64,000 bases of DNA from Chloroflexota bacterium (GTDB lineage Bacteria > Chloroflexota > UBA11872 > VXOZ01): positions 960,001-1,024,000 of the forward strand of contig OZ244922.1 of the NCBI GenBank assembly GCA_965221905.1, read 5' to 3'. The notes under the pieces were generated by a model. The model had not been told where the DNA came from, ran no database searches, and saw only the letters and a program-made list of their open reading frames with translations. The translations under genes and the position numbers were made by a program. Positions 50,588-61,588 of this stretch are shown here, one piece after another; the first letter of the stretch is position 1; each line of letters starts with the position of its first letter.

Positions 50588-51373
50588 ATGCCAATACAGC
50601 TATCTGTGCGCCATGTGCTCCACGAACCGAATCCGCCGCACCTGCCGTATCGGGAAGAGCACTTCGGCTACGTGCACCTTCCGGTAAGTATTCCGCCGGA
50701 GCAGGCGGCGCTGGTGCTGGTGGACTGCTGGGACCAAATCATCGTCGAGAGCTTTCAGGAGCGCGCCGAACGGATTTGCGAGACGACGATCCGCCCGGTA
50801 TTGGAGGCGTCGCGGTCGGTTGGCATGACGGTAGTTCACGCACCGTCGCCGCCGGTGGCTGAGAAGTTTCGCCAGTTCCGGCCGCCGGGTGCGGCGGACG
50901 GGGAAGCGCCGGTAATATCAGACAGGCAGGATTGGCCTCCCCCCGAATTCGCTCAACGCCAAGGGGAATGGGCGCACCTACAGGCCCGGCGCAGCGGCCT
51001 GCACCAGGAGCAACTCGACCGCATCGACCGTGACCGCTCCATCCATCCGGCGGTGTTGCCGCAGTCAGGCGACTACGTCATAGCCACCGGCGATCAACTC
51101 CACCGTCTCTGCCGCGAGCGCGGCATTCTCTACCTCATCTACGTGGGTTTTGCCACCAATATCTGCGTGCCGGACCGCGATTACGGCATGCGCGCCATGC
51201 GCGATCGCGGCTATGCGCTGGTGCTGCTGCGTGACGCCACCACCGGCGTCGAGGCTGGCGACACATACCCGATACTTGCAGCCACTAGTGTGATGATCCA
51301 TCAATTTGAGTTGCGGGACATCGCGGGGACGATAACGTCCGATGCGTTCTTGGCTGCCATCGAGGATTTGTGA
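50588..51373 (+). CDS. Isochorismatase-like cysteine hydrolase
   Basis: ALVLVDCW, YVGFATNICV and LLRDATT. Confidence 0.85.
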   Translation: MPIQLSVRHVLHEPNPPHLPYREEHFGYVHLPVSIPPEQAALVLVDCWDQIIVESFQERAERICETTIRPVLEASRSVGMTVVHAPSPPVAEKFRQFRPPGAADGEAPVISDRQDWPPPEFAQRQGEWAHLQARRSGLHQEQLDRIDRDRSIHPAVLPQSGDYVIATGDQLHRLCRERGILYLIYVGFATNICVPDRDYGMRAMRDRGYALVLLRDATTGVEAGDTYPILAATSVMIHQFELRDIAGTITSDAFLAAIEDL

Positions 51374-51387
51374 AAAGGATATCCATT

Positions 51388-51443
51388 CATCCTTCGACAG
51401 GCTCAGGACGAACGGATAAAGACTGTTTTGACGGAGTATTCGT
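51388..51443. repeat. Intact REP-containing unit equal to the empty IS110 target site
   Basis: CATCCTTCGACAGGCTCAGGACGAACGGATAAAGACTGTTTTGACGGAGTATTCGT; the second copy is split between 51482-51500 and 52653-52689. Confidence 0.92.
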
Positions 51444-51515
51444 ACTTGGTTTCCCTAAGGGGGTGTAGGTCAGTATCCTTACATCCTTCGACAGGCTCAG
51501 AAACTGTCTTGGGTG

Positions 51516-52469
<954 letters not shown>

Positions 52470-52480
52470 CTATGGCTGGC

Positions 52481-52636
52481 GCTCCCATGCAGTCCCTGCC
52501 TTACGGATACGGACTTCGTGTCCCGGTAACTGTTCGGGCTCTGGGGGAGCTCGGCAGGTGTGGCGACCACTCTGAGCCACGGTCTGCCAGACCTAGGACG
52601 AACCGGTCTGCCACGCCTGCTCCCATTCTATCTCCC
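52481..52636 (-). ncRNA. Predicted IS110 bridge RNA (5' end approximate)
   Basis: Two stem/internal-loop modules; guides GTTCGTCCT (52603-52595) and GGCTCAG (52578-52572) match the target; ACAGTT (52533-52528) and GTAAG (52504-52500) match the donor junction. Confidence 0.88.
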
Positions 52637-52778
52637 TTTTCCAAGATATAAGGACGAACGGATAAAGACTGTTTCGACGGAGTATTCGTTCTTCCGTTTG
52701 TGATGAGCACTTCGACAAGCTCAGCGCAGGCTTGACGAACCATGAACGGCGATTGCCCTAGAGCTTCCCACATGCGTT

Positions 52779-53702
52779 CTAAGATGCAGCACTTTCCAGC
52801 CAGCGCACGAATCCCTCCGAGCACCAGTACGCCGGGTCACTCTCCGCCAGCGCGATCCATTCGTCTACAACCGGTCTAATGCGCATGTAGCGCAAGCGGG
52901 CGGAACCGATCGTGCCGTAGCGCAGCAAGCCCTTTTCCGCGAAGAGTTCTTCCGCGATCAGGCGCTTGTCGGTGCCGATGCCGGCCCAGATGCCTGGGCG
53001 CGTCCAGCCGCGCACCTGCGCGAGCAGGGCCTCACGCCGGTCGGGCGCGGCGCGCGCCAGCGCCCGGTGGGCGAGGTGCGTTTCGACAAAGTGCACCATG
53101 GTCAGGCGCTGGCAGTTGACGCCGATAAGACAGTAGAAGACGTTCCAGTCGTAGAGCCGCTGCCAAGGGCTTTCTGCGGCGAACGCGCCAGGGCCCCAAG
53201 GACTCTCACGCAGTCCCGCTCTAGCGTGATGCGCGGTGAGTGCTGCGGCCCGCGCTCCGATGGCGGCCACCGAGTGGGTGTAGTGGTTGCTGCGCTGCGC
53301 TTCCGGTCGTTGGCGGAAGGTTTCCGGTATCAAGCCGCAGTACGTGGGTGTAGTTGCGATGTCCCAGAAGTCCCACACGCGGCGTTTCTCGCGCTCCTTG
53401 CGCCACTGGCTCAGCGTCGGCACGGCAACGGTCCCGGCAGGACCCACCGCGTCTAGAAAGCCGTCGATCACGGCCTCCGCGCCGCCTTCCACAGTTCCCA
53501 TGCTGCTCAATGAGCTATGGAACATCGCGGTATCGCCTTGGCGAAGGCCAACTTCGCGCAGCGCGGCGGCAATCGCTGCCCGCGTGACCCGAACTGACGG
53601 ATCGCCCGGCTCGTGGTCCATGTAGCCCCCGGCGGTTGCCTGCACCTCTACGACAGCCTTTAGCCGTTGGGCGGCGCGCTCTGCGCTATCCCTTGACCCC
53701 AC
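52779..53702 (-). CDS. AAC(3)-family N-acetyltransferase
   Basis: FHSSLSSMG.VEGGA, GTVAVPT, GLIPETFR, RSNHYTHSVAAIG and TMVHFVE. Confidence 0.88.
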   Translation of the reverse strand: MGSRDSAERAAQRLKAVVEVQATAGGYMDHEPGDPSVRVTRAAIAAALREVGLRQGDTAMFHSSLSSMGTVEGGAEAVIDGFLDAVGPAGTVAVPTLSQWRKEREKRRVWDFWDIATTPTYCGLIPETFRQRPEAQRSNHYTHSVAAIGARAAALTAHHARAGLRESPWGPGAFAAESPWQRLYDWNVFYCLIGVNCQRLTMVHFVETHLAHRALARAAPDRREALLAQVRGWTRPGIWAGIGTDKRLIAEELFAEKGLLRYGTIGSARLRYMRIRPVVDEWIALAESDPAYWCSEGFVRWLESAAS

Positions 53703-53770
53703 AGGTAGCGTCCTTTCCTGCTCGGCCTAGCAACAACCTTTATCGAGCGGTGAAGTCTCGATCGGTGTCG

Positions 53771-54733
53771 TCAGCCTACGAGCTCGCTTGCCGGTGGGAC
53801 GATTTCGTCAATGGCGGCGCATTCGTCGGCGGTTATCTCAACCTCAAGGGCCCCGAGATTATCCTGGAGTTGCTCTAGTGTGCGCGGGCCGATGATGGGA
53901 GCGGTGATGCCGGGTTGCGCCAGCAGCCAGGCGAGTCCAAACTGGCTCAAGGTGACGCCTCTGGCGGCGGCCATCTTTTCTAAGGCTTCGAGCGCGTCGA
54001 AAGTCGGCGCATACGTTGCGGTGCCAAAATCCATGCTGCGGTCCGCGAAGCGCGAGTCGGCAGGAGCGGCTTCGTCGCGGCGGTACTTGCCTGTGAGCCA
54101 GCCGCCGGCCAAGGGGCTGAATGGCACGACACCAATGCCGTACTTGCGGGTGAACGGCAGCACCTCCGCCTCGATGGCGCGGTTGAAGATACTGTACGGG
54201 GGTTGCTCAGAGACAACGGGCGCGAAACCGAGGCGGTCACTCGTCCACATGGCCTCGCAGAGCTGCCAACCGGCAAACTTCGAGGTGCCGAAATAGAGGA
54301 TCTTGCCCTGACGCCGCAGGTCTTCAAGTGTGCGGAGGGTCTCTTCGATGGGCACTGTGGGATCGGGCCGGTGGAGCTGGTAGAGGTCGATGCGGTCGGT
54401 GTTTAACCGCCGCAGGCTGGCATGTACCTGCTCCATGATGTGATAGCGGCTGGTGCCCCGGTCGTTTGGGCCGTCGCCCATGGGGTGGAAGACCTTGGTT
54501 GCCAGCACCACCTTGTCGCGGCAGTCTTTGATAGCGCGACCGACGATTGTTTCGGAGTATCCCCTGGGTTCAGAGTAGGCGTTTGCCGTGTCTATCACGT
54601 TAATACCGGCTTCGAGCGCGGCATTAATCAGCGCCGTCCCGTCCTCCTCAGAAATACGCGTGTTGAAGTAGGCGGTGCCCAGCCACAACGGCGAGACTTT
54701 GACACCGGCACGTCCCAGATTGCGATACTCCAT
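53771..54733 (-). CDS. Aldo/keto reductase
   Basis: LGRAGVKVSPLWLGT, IDTANAY, SLRRLNTDRIDLYQLH and PFSPLAGG. Confidence 0.96.
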   Translation of the reverse strand: MEYRNLGRAGVKVSPLWLGTAYFNTRISEEDGTALINAALEAGINVIDTANAYSEPRGYSETIVGRAIKDCRDKVVLATKVFHPMGDGPNDRGTSRYHIMEQVHASLRRLNTDRIDLYQLHRPDPTVPIEETLRTLEDLRRQGKILYFGTSKFAGWQLCEAMWTSDRLGFAPVVSEQPPYSIFNRAIEAEVLPFTRKYGIGVVPFSPLAGGWLTGKYRRDEAAPADSRFADRSMDFGTATYAPTFDALEALEKMAAARGVTLSQFGLAWLLAQPGITAPIIGPRTLEQLQDNLGALEVEITADECAAIDEIVPPASELVG

Positions 54734-54911
54734 GATTCAGTCTCCTTTTGAATTCGCTTCTTGCTTTCCTATTAAGGATAGCGTCTTGGAGTGCTTTTCG
54801 CTAAGCGGCGAGTGCCGGGAGTGGGACATAGGGGAAGTGCAAAAAGCTTGTGGCCCTTCTGGGCCGCACCCCGTATTAGACTCATGGCAGTGGGGCATTC
54901 GCCCTAGATGG

Positions 54912-54939
54912 GTAGGGGCACGGCATGCCGTGCCCCTAC
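54912..54939. repeat. Perfect 28-bp GTAG-type REP palindrome
   Basis: GTAGGGGCACGGCATGCCGTGCCCCTAC. Confidence 0.9.
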
Positions 54940-55122
54940 GCTCTCGTAGCTGCGGTGCGCTCTGGCAACTAAGCCCGCGTCTCAATTCAGAAATGACACT
55001 AGCGTGTCTGCGGGTTTCTATCCCCACAGACACGCTAGTTGTTGCCTAAGATCTTGCGCGTGACGAGAGCAAGTGCGCCGCTTATGCTAAGAGCGCGCTT
55101 GGCTCATGTCACTGTCGGTGCT

Positions 55123-56499
55123 CTAAGCAAATTCCGCGATGAAGTCGTCCATCGCCGTCTGGGCTTGCTCCTCGAAATTGCGCATACCTTCAGCAACTGT
55201 GACCTCATTGCGCATGATCGCCTGCAGGTTCTTGCTCGTGATCGGGAGAATGTCGCCCGCGCCGGGCACACTCACGACAAAGCGGGCGCCAATCATCTCG
55301 TCGATGGCAAGCCTGCGCAGCTTGTCGTCGCCGATATACGCTTCACTCTGGGCGACGACCTGACGCACCGGGATGCGGTCCATGGCCAGCGACCAGCGCA
55401 GGTTCACGTCGGCGCCGTACATAAAGTCGGCCCAGGCAAAGCCGCCATCGGGATTGCTGCTGCCGTTGGGCAGGCAGAAGGCCCAGTCGCCGCAGTATGT
55501 AGCCGGCAGGCCGCCGAGTTCCCGCTGCGGATATGTCGCAAAGTCGTAGTTGAGACCCTCGGCGTAGGGCTGGAGAGAGACGCGGGTAGCATTGGTCAGG
55601 TACATGTACGTATTGCCGCCGCTACCGTACTCCTGCAAGCGGTTCTCAAACGTGCCGTGGAACTCACGGACCTTTTCGTAACCGCCTTGGCCGTCAAGGA
55701 CTTTCTTGAGCCAGGTAACGGTGTTGATGGCCAGCTCATTATTCACCTGGATCTTCGTCCTGTCAGGGCTGAGCATCTCGCCGCCCTGTTGCCAGTAGCC
55801 AACCATCCAGGTGTGGATGCCGCCGGAGCCGCGGAACGGGTCCCAGCCGAGACGCTCGATGTTGTCGCCACTCACCTTGTGCACTTTGAGCAGTGCATCG
55901 TCCATTTCATCCCAGGTAGCCGGCGGAGATTCGGGATCGAGACCGGCTTCCAGCGAGTGGTCTGCGTTCAGATAGATGACGCGGGCGTCGATGCTATAGC
56001 TGATGCCGTAGGTCTGGCCCGCCCACTGCATGGCCTCGTACTTCCCCGGCCAGAGGTCGTCCACCTGCACGTTGGCGGCGGTGGCAATGTAGGCATCGAG
56101 CGGACGCACGAGTTCCAGCAGACCCCACTGGGGCTGGATGTACGACTGCGTCTTGGAGTTGTCCGGCGCGACACCCGCCGCTACCACGGTGGGAATATCG
56201 CCAAATCCGCCGTTGCCGCGAATGAGCGGCACGAGCGTGTAGTTGGTGGTCTCGTCGAATTCCTCACGGATCTGCATGGGAATTTCTTCGTTATCGAAAT
56301 TCCACGGCGCAAAGCCGGTATACCAGAAGACGACAGGCGACTTCTCCATCATCGCCTCGCCGGCGTCGCCATCGCCTTCAGGCGCGGCTGCTTCCTCCAT
56401 GGCTCCGGTGCCTGCTTGCGCGCCGCACGCCGCGAGCAATGCGCCCGCGCCGGTCAGGGCGGCAGTGCCGAGGAAATGTCGTCTGGACAGTGATGCCAT
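55123..56499 (-). CDS. ABC solute-binding lipoprotein with Tat signal
   Basis: SRRHFL, LAAC lipobox and GQTYGI..YLN....EAGLDP..PPATWDE. Confidence 0.92.
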   Translation of the reverse strand: MASLSRRHFLGTAALTGAGALLAACGAQAGTGAMEEAAAPEGDGDAGEAMMEKSPVVFWYTGFAPWNFDNEEIPMQIREEFDETTNYTLVPLIRGNGGFGDIPTVVAAGVAPDNSKTQSYIQPQWGLLELVRPLDAYIATAANVQVDDLWPGKYEAMQWAGQTYGISYSIDARVIYLNADHSLEAGLDPESPPATWDEMDDALLKVHKVSGDNIERLGWDPFRGSGGIHTWMVGYWQQGGEMLSPDRTKIQVNNELAINTVTWLKKVLDGQGGYEKVREFHGTFENRLQEYGSGGNTYMYLTNATRVSLQPYAEGLNYDFATYPQRELGGLPATYCGDWAFCLPNGSSNPDGGFAWADFMYGADVNLRWSLAMDRIPVRQVVAQSEAYIGDDKLRRLAIDEMIGARFVVSVPGAGDILPITSKNLQAIMRNEVTVAEGMRNFEEQAQTAMDDFIAEFA

Positions 56500-56839
56500 T
56501 AAGTCTACCCTCCTGGGTAAGAACTACAACAAATCAACCTGCGCACCCGTACGGAGCACTGCGCATAATTTTCCGCAAATAAACATACCACTCTACGCAG
56601 AACTCTTTGCAGAATGCTTGTCCTACATCTTAGCATAGAATGCACGTTAATTTGCAATATACAGTTGCAGTGGTTTCGTTTTGCGAAAGTCTGATAGAGA
56701 CGGGGTTGCACTGATGCCGGTTAGAGCGGAGGATAGGGTTCTCGCGAAATTTCGAGTTAACCAAGTAATTCAAGGCATGCTCTGAACACCGGAGCGACCT
56801 AGGTGCTAGCCATCCTTCAGCTGCATGTTGAGGAATGAG

Positions 56840-56867
56840 GTAGGGGCACGACATGTCGTGCCCCTAC
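56840..56867. repeat. Perfect 28-bp GTAG-type REP palindrome, duplicated at 58498-58525
   Basis: GTAGGGGCACGACATGTCGTGCCCCTAC in both copies of the tandem duplication. Confidence 0.9.
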
Positions 56868-56917
56868 CAGCGTATTCGGTCTGATGCAGCGGTGAGCTAC
56901 CGATGCATTTTACGCTC

Positions 56918-58273
56918 TTACCGCAGGCAGCCGCCTTTGTTGATCCAGCCCTGCACCTGCTCATCGGTCTTCGCCATACCCTCGGCGACGGTCAGCGATC
57001 CCTCCACCATGGCGTCCCAGGTGGCGCGCCACTCAGTATTGAAGTCGCCTTGCTTCAGAAGCTGCGGCACCGGCCGGCCTTCGCTTGCCATCTGCTTGTA
57101 GACTGCGGGGTTTTCGTAGGGATACAGCGTCAGGGGTTCCAGATTCTTGTTGGCCGTGAAGCGGCCGTGACCGGTGGCCGCGACTTCCGGCAAAGCGTCG
57201 GCGCTCACCGTGTACTTCAAGAAGGCCCAACCACCATCCGGGTTCTTGGCGCCTTCGCCGATGAAGATACCGATGGGCGTCATGACCGTTGCGCTATCGC
57301 CGTTCGGCCCCTTTGGTCGCCCTGCCATGCCGATCTCAAAGAGATCGTTGGCGGTGATTCTCTCCTCGAATTGGCGGACGCCGCCGGTGGCGCGCTCGAA
57401 CATGCCGAGGGTGCCTTCCAGGAAGTTGCCGCCAATCACCTTGTGCTTGGCAAAGAGGTCAACGCAAAACTGCACCGCATCAGTAAACGCAGGGGTGTTG
57501 AACGTAGCCTGCGTGCAACCTTCATTCCACAAGTCTGCGCCCCAGGCCCAGGCATAGTACGGCAGGTATGACGTGTACATGGGGTAGATCTGCATGCCGC
57601 CAAACGCAATGTCATCCCCTTCGCGCTTGGTGAGTCTGACTGCGGCATCCAGCGCAGCTTCCCATGTCCAGTTGCCTTCGGCTTCGAGCTCGGCGGGAGT
57701 TTTCAAGCCGGCCTCGACGAACTTGTCATTGTTGGACCAGATGGGGTGCGCGGTGAGCAACCAGGCGAGTCCATACGCCACGCCTTTGTACTTGAGAATG
57801 CCGGATTCGTAGAAGTCGTCCGGAGTTACCTCAGTGTCTTTGGCTAAGAAGGAATTGATCGACTGGATGATTCCAGCATCGGAAAACAGTCCCATCCAGC
57901 CAAAGTAGCCGTAAATGGCATCAAACGTGAAACCGGCAGCCATGGTAGTAGTCGCTCTTGCGGAAACCTGGTCGAATGCGGAATCGGTTATTCCCAGCTT
58001 ATATTCAGGGTGCTTTGCTTCGAAGTTAGCGAAGATGGTAAGCCAGGAATTGATCCACGTCTGGTTCTGGCCCCGCAGCACCATGAGCGCGCTTACGGTG
58101 GTCGGCGCCATTGTCTTGGGTGATTTCTCAGTCTTGGTCTCTTCTTGCGGTGCTTCACCGGATTTCGTCGCCGTGGTCGCCGCACCGCACGCCGCCAAGG
58201 TCGCCAAGCCCGCACCGCTTGCCGCTCCGCTGAGCAGGATCCGGCGTGTCATTCGCCTGCGGTCGCTTACAAT
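56918..58273 (-). CDS. ABC solute-binding lipoprotein, tandem paralog A (ATT 58273 or ATG 58252 start)
   Basis: TRRILL motif and LAAC lipobox; collinear with 58576-59931 and the same 1356-nt length when counted from the ATT. Confidence 0.9.
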   Translation of the reverse strand: MVSDRRRMTRRILLSGAASGAGLATLAACGAATTATKSGEAPQEETKTEKSPKTMAPTTVSALMVLRGQNQTWINSWLTIFANFEAKHPEYKLGITDSAFDQVSARATTTMAAGFTFDAIYGYFGWMGLFSDAGIIQSINSFLAKDTEVTPDDFYESGILKYKGVAYGLAWLLTAHPIWSNNDKFVEAGLKTPAELEAEGNWTWEAALDAAVRLTKREGDDIAFGGMQIYPMYTSYLPYYAWAWGADLWNEGCTQATFNTPAFTDAVQFCVDLFAKHKVIGGNFLEGTLGMFERATGGVRQFEERITANDLFEIGMAGRPKGPNGDSATVMTPIGIFIGEGAKNPDGGWAFLKYTVSADALPEVAATGHGRFTANKNLEPLTLYPYENPAVYKQMASEGRPVPQLLKQGDFNTEWRATWDAMVEGSLTVAEGMAKTDEQVQGWINKGGCLR

Positions 58274-58317
58274 TGCTCTGCCTCCTACGTGCTTGACTGA
58301 GCTACTTCCCACAAAAA

Positions 58318-58347
58318 AGTATGGAGTTATAAAAGCGAGACTGTCAA
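58318..58347 (-). promoter_or_regulatory. Sigma70-like promoter of paralog A
   Basis: TTGACA-18 nt-CATACT, conserved upstream of paralog B. Confidence 0.7.
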
Positions 58348-58575
58348 GTGATAAAGACAACAGTACTCTTAGATATCGTCCGTTTCGACCCCGTCATTCC
58401 CGCGAAAGCGGGAAACCATCTTCTCTTCGATACGAGCCCTGCAGGTTAGAGTGACGGAGGTTGTTTCGAGTACTTCAACAGGAACCTCAGGAATGAGGTA
58501 GGGGCACGACATGTCGTGCCCCTACCAGCGTACTCGGTCTGATGCAGCGGTGAGTTACCGATGCACTTTACGCTC

Positions 58576-59931
58576 TTACCGCAGGCAGCCGCCTTCGTTG
58601 ATCCAGCCCTGCACCTGCTCCTGGGTCTTCGCCATACCCTCGGCGACGGTGAGCGAACCCTCCGCCATGGCGTCCCAGGTGGCGCGCCACTCGGTATTGA
58701 AGTCGCCCTGCTTCAGCAGTTGCGGCACGGGGCGGCCTTCGCTCGCCATCTGCTTGTAGTATTCGGCGTTTTCATACGGGAAGAGCGTCAGCGGTTCCAG
58801 ATGCCTATTGGCCGTGAACCGGCCCTGGCCGGTGGCAGCGACTTCCGGCAGCGCGTCGGCGCTCACCGTGTACTTGAGGAAGGCCCAACCGCCCTCGGGG
58901 TTCTTGGCGCCTTCGCCGATGAAGATGCCGATAGGCGTCATGACCGTAGCGCGATCGCCGTTCGGCCCTTTCGGCCGCGGCGCCATGCCGATCTCGAAGA
59001 GGTCGCGCGCCGTGATCTTCTCCTCGAACTGGCGCACGCCGCCGGTGGCGCGCTCGAACATGCCCAGGGTGCCCTCGAGAAAGTTGCCGCCGATTACCCT
59101 GTGCTTGGCAAAGAGGTCTACGCAGAATTGCACCGCGTCGGCAAACTCCGGGGTGTTGAACGTGGCTTGCGTGCACCCTTCATTCCATAGGTCCGCGCCC
59201 CACGCCCAAGCATAGTAGGGCAGGTAGGACGTGTGCGTGGGGTGGATTCGCAAGCCGCCAAACGCGATTTCATCACCCTCGCGCTTAGTGAGTCGCACGG
59301 CGGCTTCCAGCACGGCATCCCATGTCCAGTTGCCCTCATCTTCAAGCTCGGCCGGGGTCTTCAGGCCAGCCTCAACGAACTTGTCCTTGTTGAACCAAAT
59401 GGGATGCGCGGTGAGCAGCCAGGCGAGGCCGTACGCCACGCCTTTGTACTTGAGAATGCCGGATTCGTAGAAGTCGTCCGGGGAAACCTCAGTGTCTTTC
59501 GCCAGCAGCGGCGTGACCGGCTGGATGATCCCTCCGTCCACAAACGGCCCCAACCAACCGAAATACCCGTAGATGTCGTCGAAGGAAATACCGGCCGCCA
59601 GGGCTGCGCCCGCTTTGGTCGTGACTTCCCTAAACCCGGAATCGGCGATTTCCAGCTTGTATTCGGGGTGCTTGGCTTCAAAGTTGGCAAAGATGGTATT
59701 CCAGGAGTTGATCCACGTCTCGTTCTGGCCCTGCAGCACCATGAGGGCGTTGACGATGGTTGGCTCCATCGCCTTGGGTGCTTCTTCCGCCTTGGCCTCT
59801 GTTTCAGGAGCCTCACCGGCTTCCGTCATCATGGTCGCGGTACCGCAAGCCGCCAGCGCTAGCATGCCCGCACTGCCCGCTACTCCTTTGAGCAGGTATC
59901 GCCGTGTCATTCGACTGCGTTCGCCTTGCAT
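58576..59931 (-). CDS. ABC solute-binding lipoprotein, tandem paralog B
   Basis: TRRYLL motif, LAAC lipobox and FNKDKFVEAGL; RBS AGGAGG. Confidence 0.93.
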   Translation of the reverse strand: MQGERSRMTRRYLLKGVAGSAGMLALAACGTATMMTEAGEAPETEAKAEEAPKAMEPTIVNALMVLQGQNETWINSWNTIFANFEAKHPEYKLEIADSGFREVTTKAGAALAAGISFDDIYGYFGWLGPFVDGGIIQPVTPLLAKDTEVSPDDFYESGILKYKGVAYGLAWLLTAHPIWFNKDKFVEAGLKTPAELEDEGNWTWDAVLEAAVRLTKREGDEIAFGGLRIHPTHTSYLPYYAWAWGADLWNEGCTQATFNTPEFADAVQFCVDLFAKHRVIGGNFLEGTLGMFERATGGVRQFEEKITARDLFEIGMAPRPKGPNGDRATVMTPIGIFIGEGAKNPEGGWAFLKYTVSADALPEVAATGQGRFTANRHLEPLTLFPYENAEYYKQMASEGRPVPQLLKQGDFNTEWRATWDAMAEGSLTVAEGMAKTQEQVQGWINEGGCLR

Positions 59932-59974
59932 CGCGTTGCCTCCTAGGTGCTTGATTAGCCTATTACTGGTATCA

Positions 59975-60004
59975 AGTATGGTGCTGGAAGTGCGAGACTG
60001 TCAA
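59975..60004 (-). promoter_or_regulatory. Sigma70-like promoter of paralog B
   Basis: TTGACA-18 nt-CATACT. Confidence 0.7.
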
Positions 60005-60379
60005 GCGAGGAAGGCAAGTTTAGGGTCAGAGATGGCAAGTCAAGAATCCGTCATTCCGGCGAAAGCCGGAATCCATCTTCGGTTAAGCATGTCCGATTGC
60101 CGATGAAAGAGAAGCTCTTTTCCGCACCGACGGGCCGATAGGGGCAAGCATGCCTTGCCTCTACCCCGAGCCCCCGCATGTTGCAAACCTGCGCTACCAG
60201 ATATGATGGCTCGCTGATGGGTGTGGCTAGAGGAGAGCGTGCTTCTTTGTGGACATGGCGGTGCTATGGTAGACTGCCGCTGCGCGAGAAGTAGCTTACT
60301 CGCGTGAAGAAATTTCGTCTCAACTGACGATTTGTACGATTCTCGGTATACAGTCATGAAAAATTGAGGTGAGTGCCTG

Positions 60380-61588
60380 ATGGCGTGGGATGGAAGAGTA
60401 CCAATACTCCTCATTGGCGGCGGCATGATCAGCCAGGACGTGATCATCCCGACGATATTTCAAGAGCAAGATCGCGGCGTGGTGGGTGACGTCAGTATCG
60501 CGTCGCGGCGTGCGAGCACGCTTCGCAAAGTACGCGATCTCTTTCCTGACTATGCGTTTCGCGGCTATCCCGATCCCGATGCGGGCGATCCTGAGGCTTC
60601 CGTCCCCGATTCCTACAAAGCGGCTTTGGACGACCTCGACCCCCACGGCGTGGTGATGGTGGCGACCCCCGACCATCTCCACACCGAGATGATCCTAGCA
60701 GCCATCGAGCGCGGCCATCACGTGGTGGTGCAAAAGCCGCTCTGCTTGAAGGTCTCCGATGTTTACACTATTCTGACCGCCGCTGAGAACAAGGGCATTT
60801 ACGTTTACACCGATTACCACAAGCGCCACGACCGCGCCATTCGCGCCGCCCAGCGCTACTACCGGCAGGGACACCTGGGCGAAATGCTCCACGGGCACGC
60901 GTGGATAGAGGAGCGGCGCGAGATGCCGCTGGACATCTTTTCCCGTTGGGCGGAAGAGAGCTCGCCGTTCGAGTATATTGGCGTGCACTATGCCGACGCC
61001 TACTACTTCATCACCGGCCTTAAGCCCGCCCGCGTGTGGGGTTTCGGTCAGAAGAAATTTCTGCCGACGCAGGGCCAGGATGCTTTCGACGCGGTACAGG
61101 GCGTGATCGAGTGGACTGACGGGTCGGTGCTCTGGGTGCAAACTTCATGGGTCTGCGCGGAGGCGAATAGCGCGCTCACCAACCAGGGGATGCAGCTTTC
61201 CGGCACGCAAGGCGAGTACTGGGCCGACCACAAGGACCGTAAGCTGCACTTCGTCACCCAGGACAAGGGCTTCGAGCACTTCAATCCCAACTTCTTCAAG
61301 CAGTACGAGCCCTGGGACGGCGAGGGCACCGAATACGTGGGCTACGGCTACGATAGCGTGATGCAGGGCGTGCACGACGCGCGGCGCATCCTGCACGAAA
61401 CCGAGGGTCTGGATGCGGCGCAGGCGCTGCAGGCCCGGCGTGGTTTGCTCGCTGAATTTGCCAAGACCCGGCCCCTGCCGCAGCAGGCCGTGGTCGGCAC
61501 CGCCATCGCCGAGGCCGTGCGCCTCAGCATCGACCACAACAACCGCGCGGTGACCTTCGATGAGTTGCTCTATCCGGTGTTAGCGTAA
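60380..61588 (+). CDS. Gfo/Idh/MocA family oxidoreductase
   Basis: LIGGGMI, VATPDHLH, HVVVQKPL and YHKRHD. Confidence 0.92.
   Translation: MAWDGRVPILLIGGGMISQDVIIPTIFQEQDRGVVGDVSIASRRASTLRKVRDLFPDYAFRGYPDPDAGDPEASVPDSYKAALDDLDPHGVVMVATPDHLHTEMILAAIERGHHVVVQKPLCLKVSDVYTILTAAENKGIYVYTDYHKRHDRAIRAAQRYYRQGHLGEMLHGHAWIEERREMPLDIFSRWAEESSPFEYIGVHYADAYYFITGLKPARVWGFGQKKFLPTQGQDAFDAVQGVIEWTDGSVLWVQTSWVCAEANSALTNQGMQLSGTQGEYWADHKDRKLHFVTQDKGFEHFNPNFFKQYEPWDGEGTEYVGYGYDSVMQGVHDARRILHETEGLDAAQALQARRGLLAEFAKTRPLPQQAVVGTAIAEAVRLSIDHNNRAVTFDELLYPVLA

Noticed and set aside
52779-53702. Bona fide aminoglycoside resistance gene mobilised by the IS110
   Set aside because: It lies outside the precisely defined IS ends, and family membership alone does not show resistance.
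55039-56493. Long antisense ORFs (also 29228-30562, 36589-37668, 14507-15391 and 47754-48644)
   Set aside because: Shadow frames opposite well-supported genes in GC-rich DNA, with no recognisable motifs.
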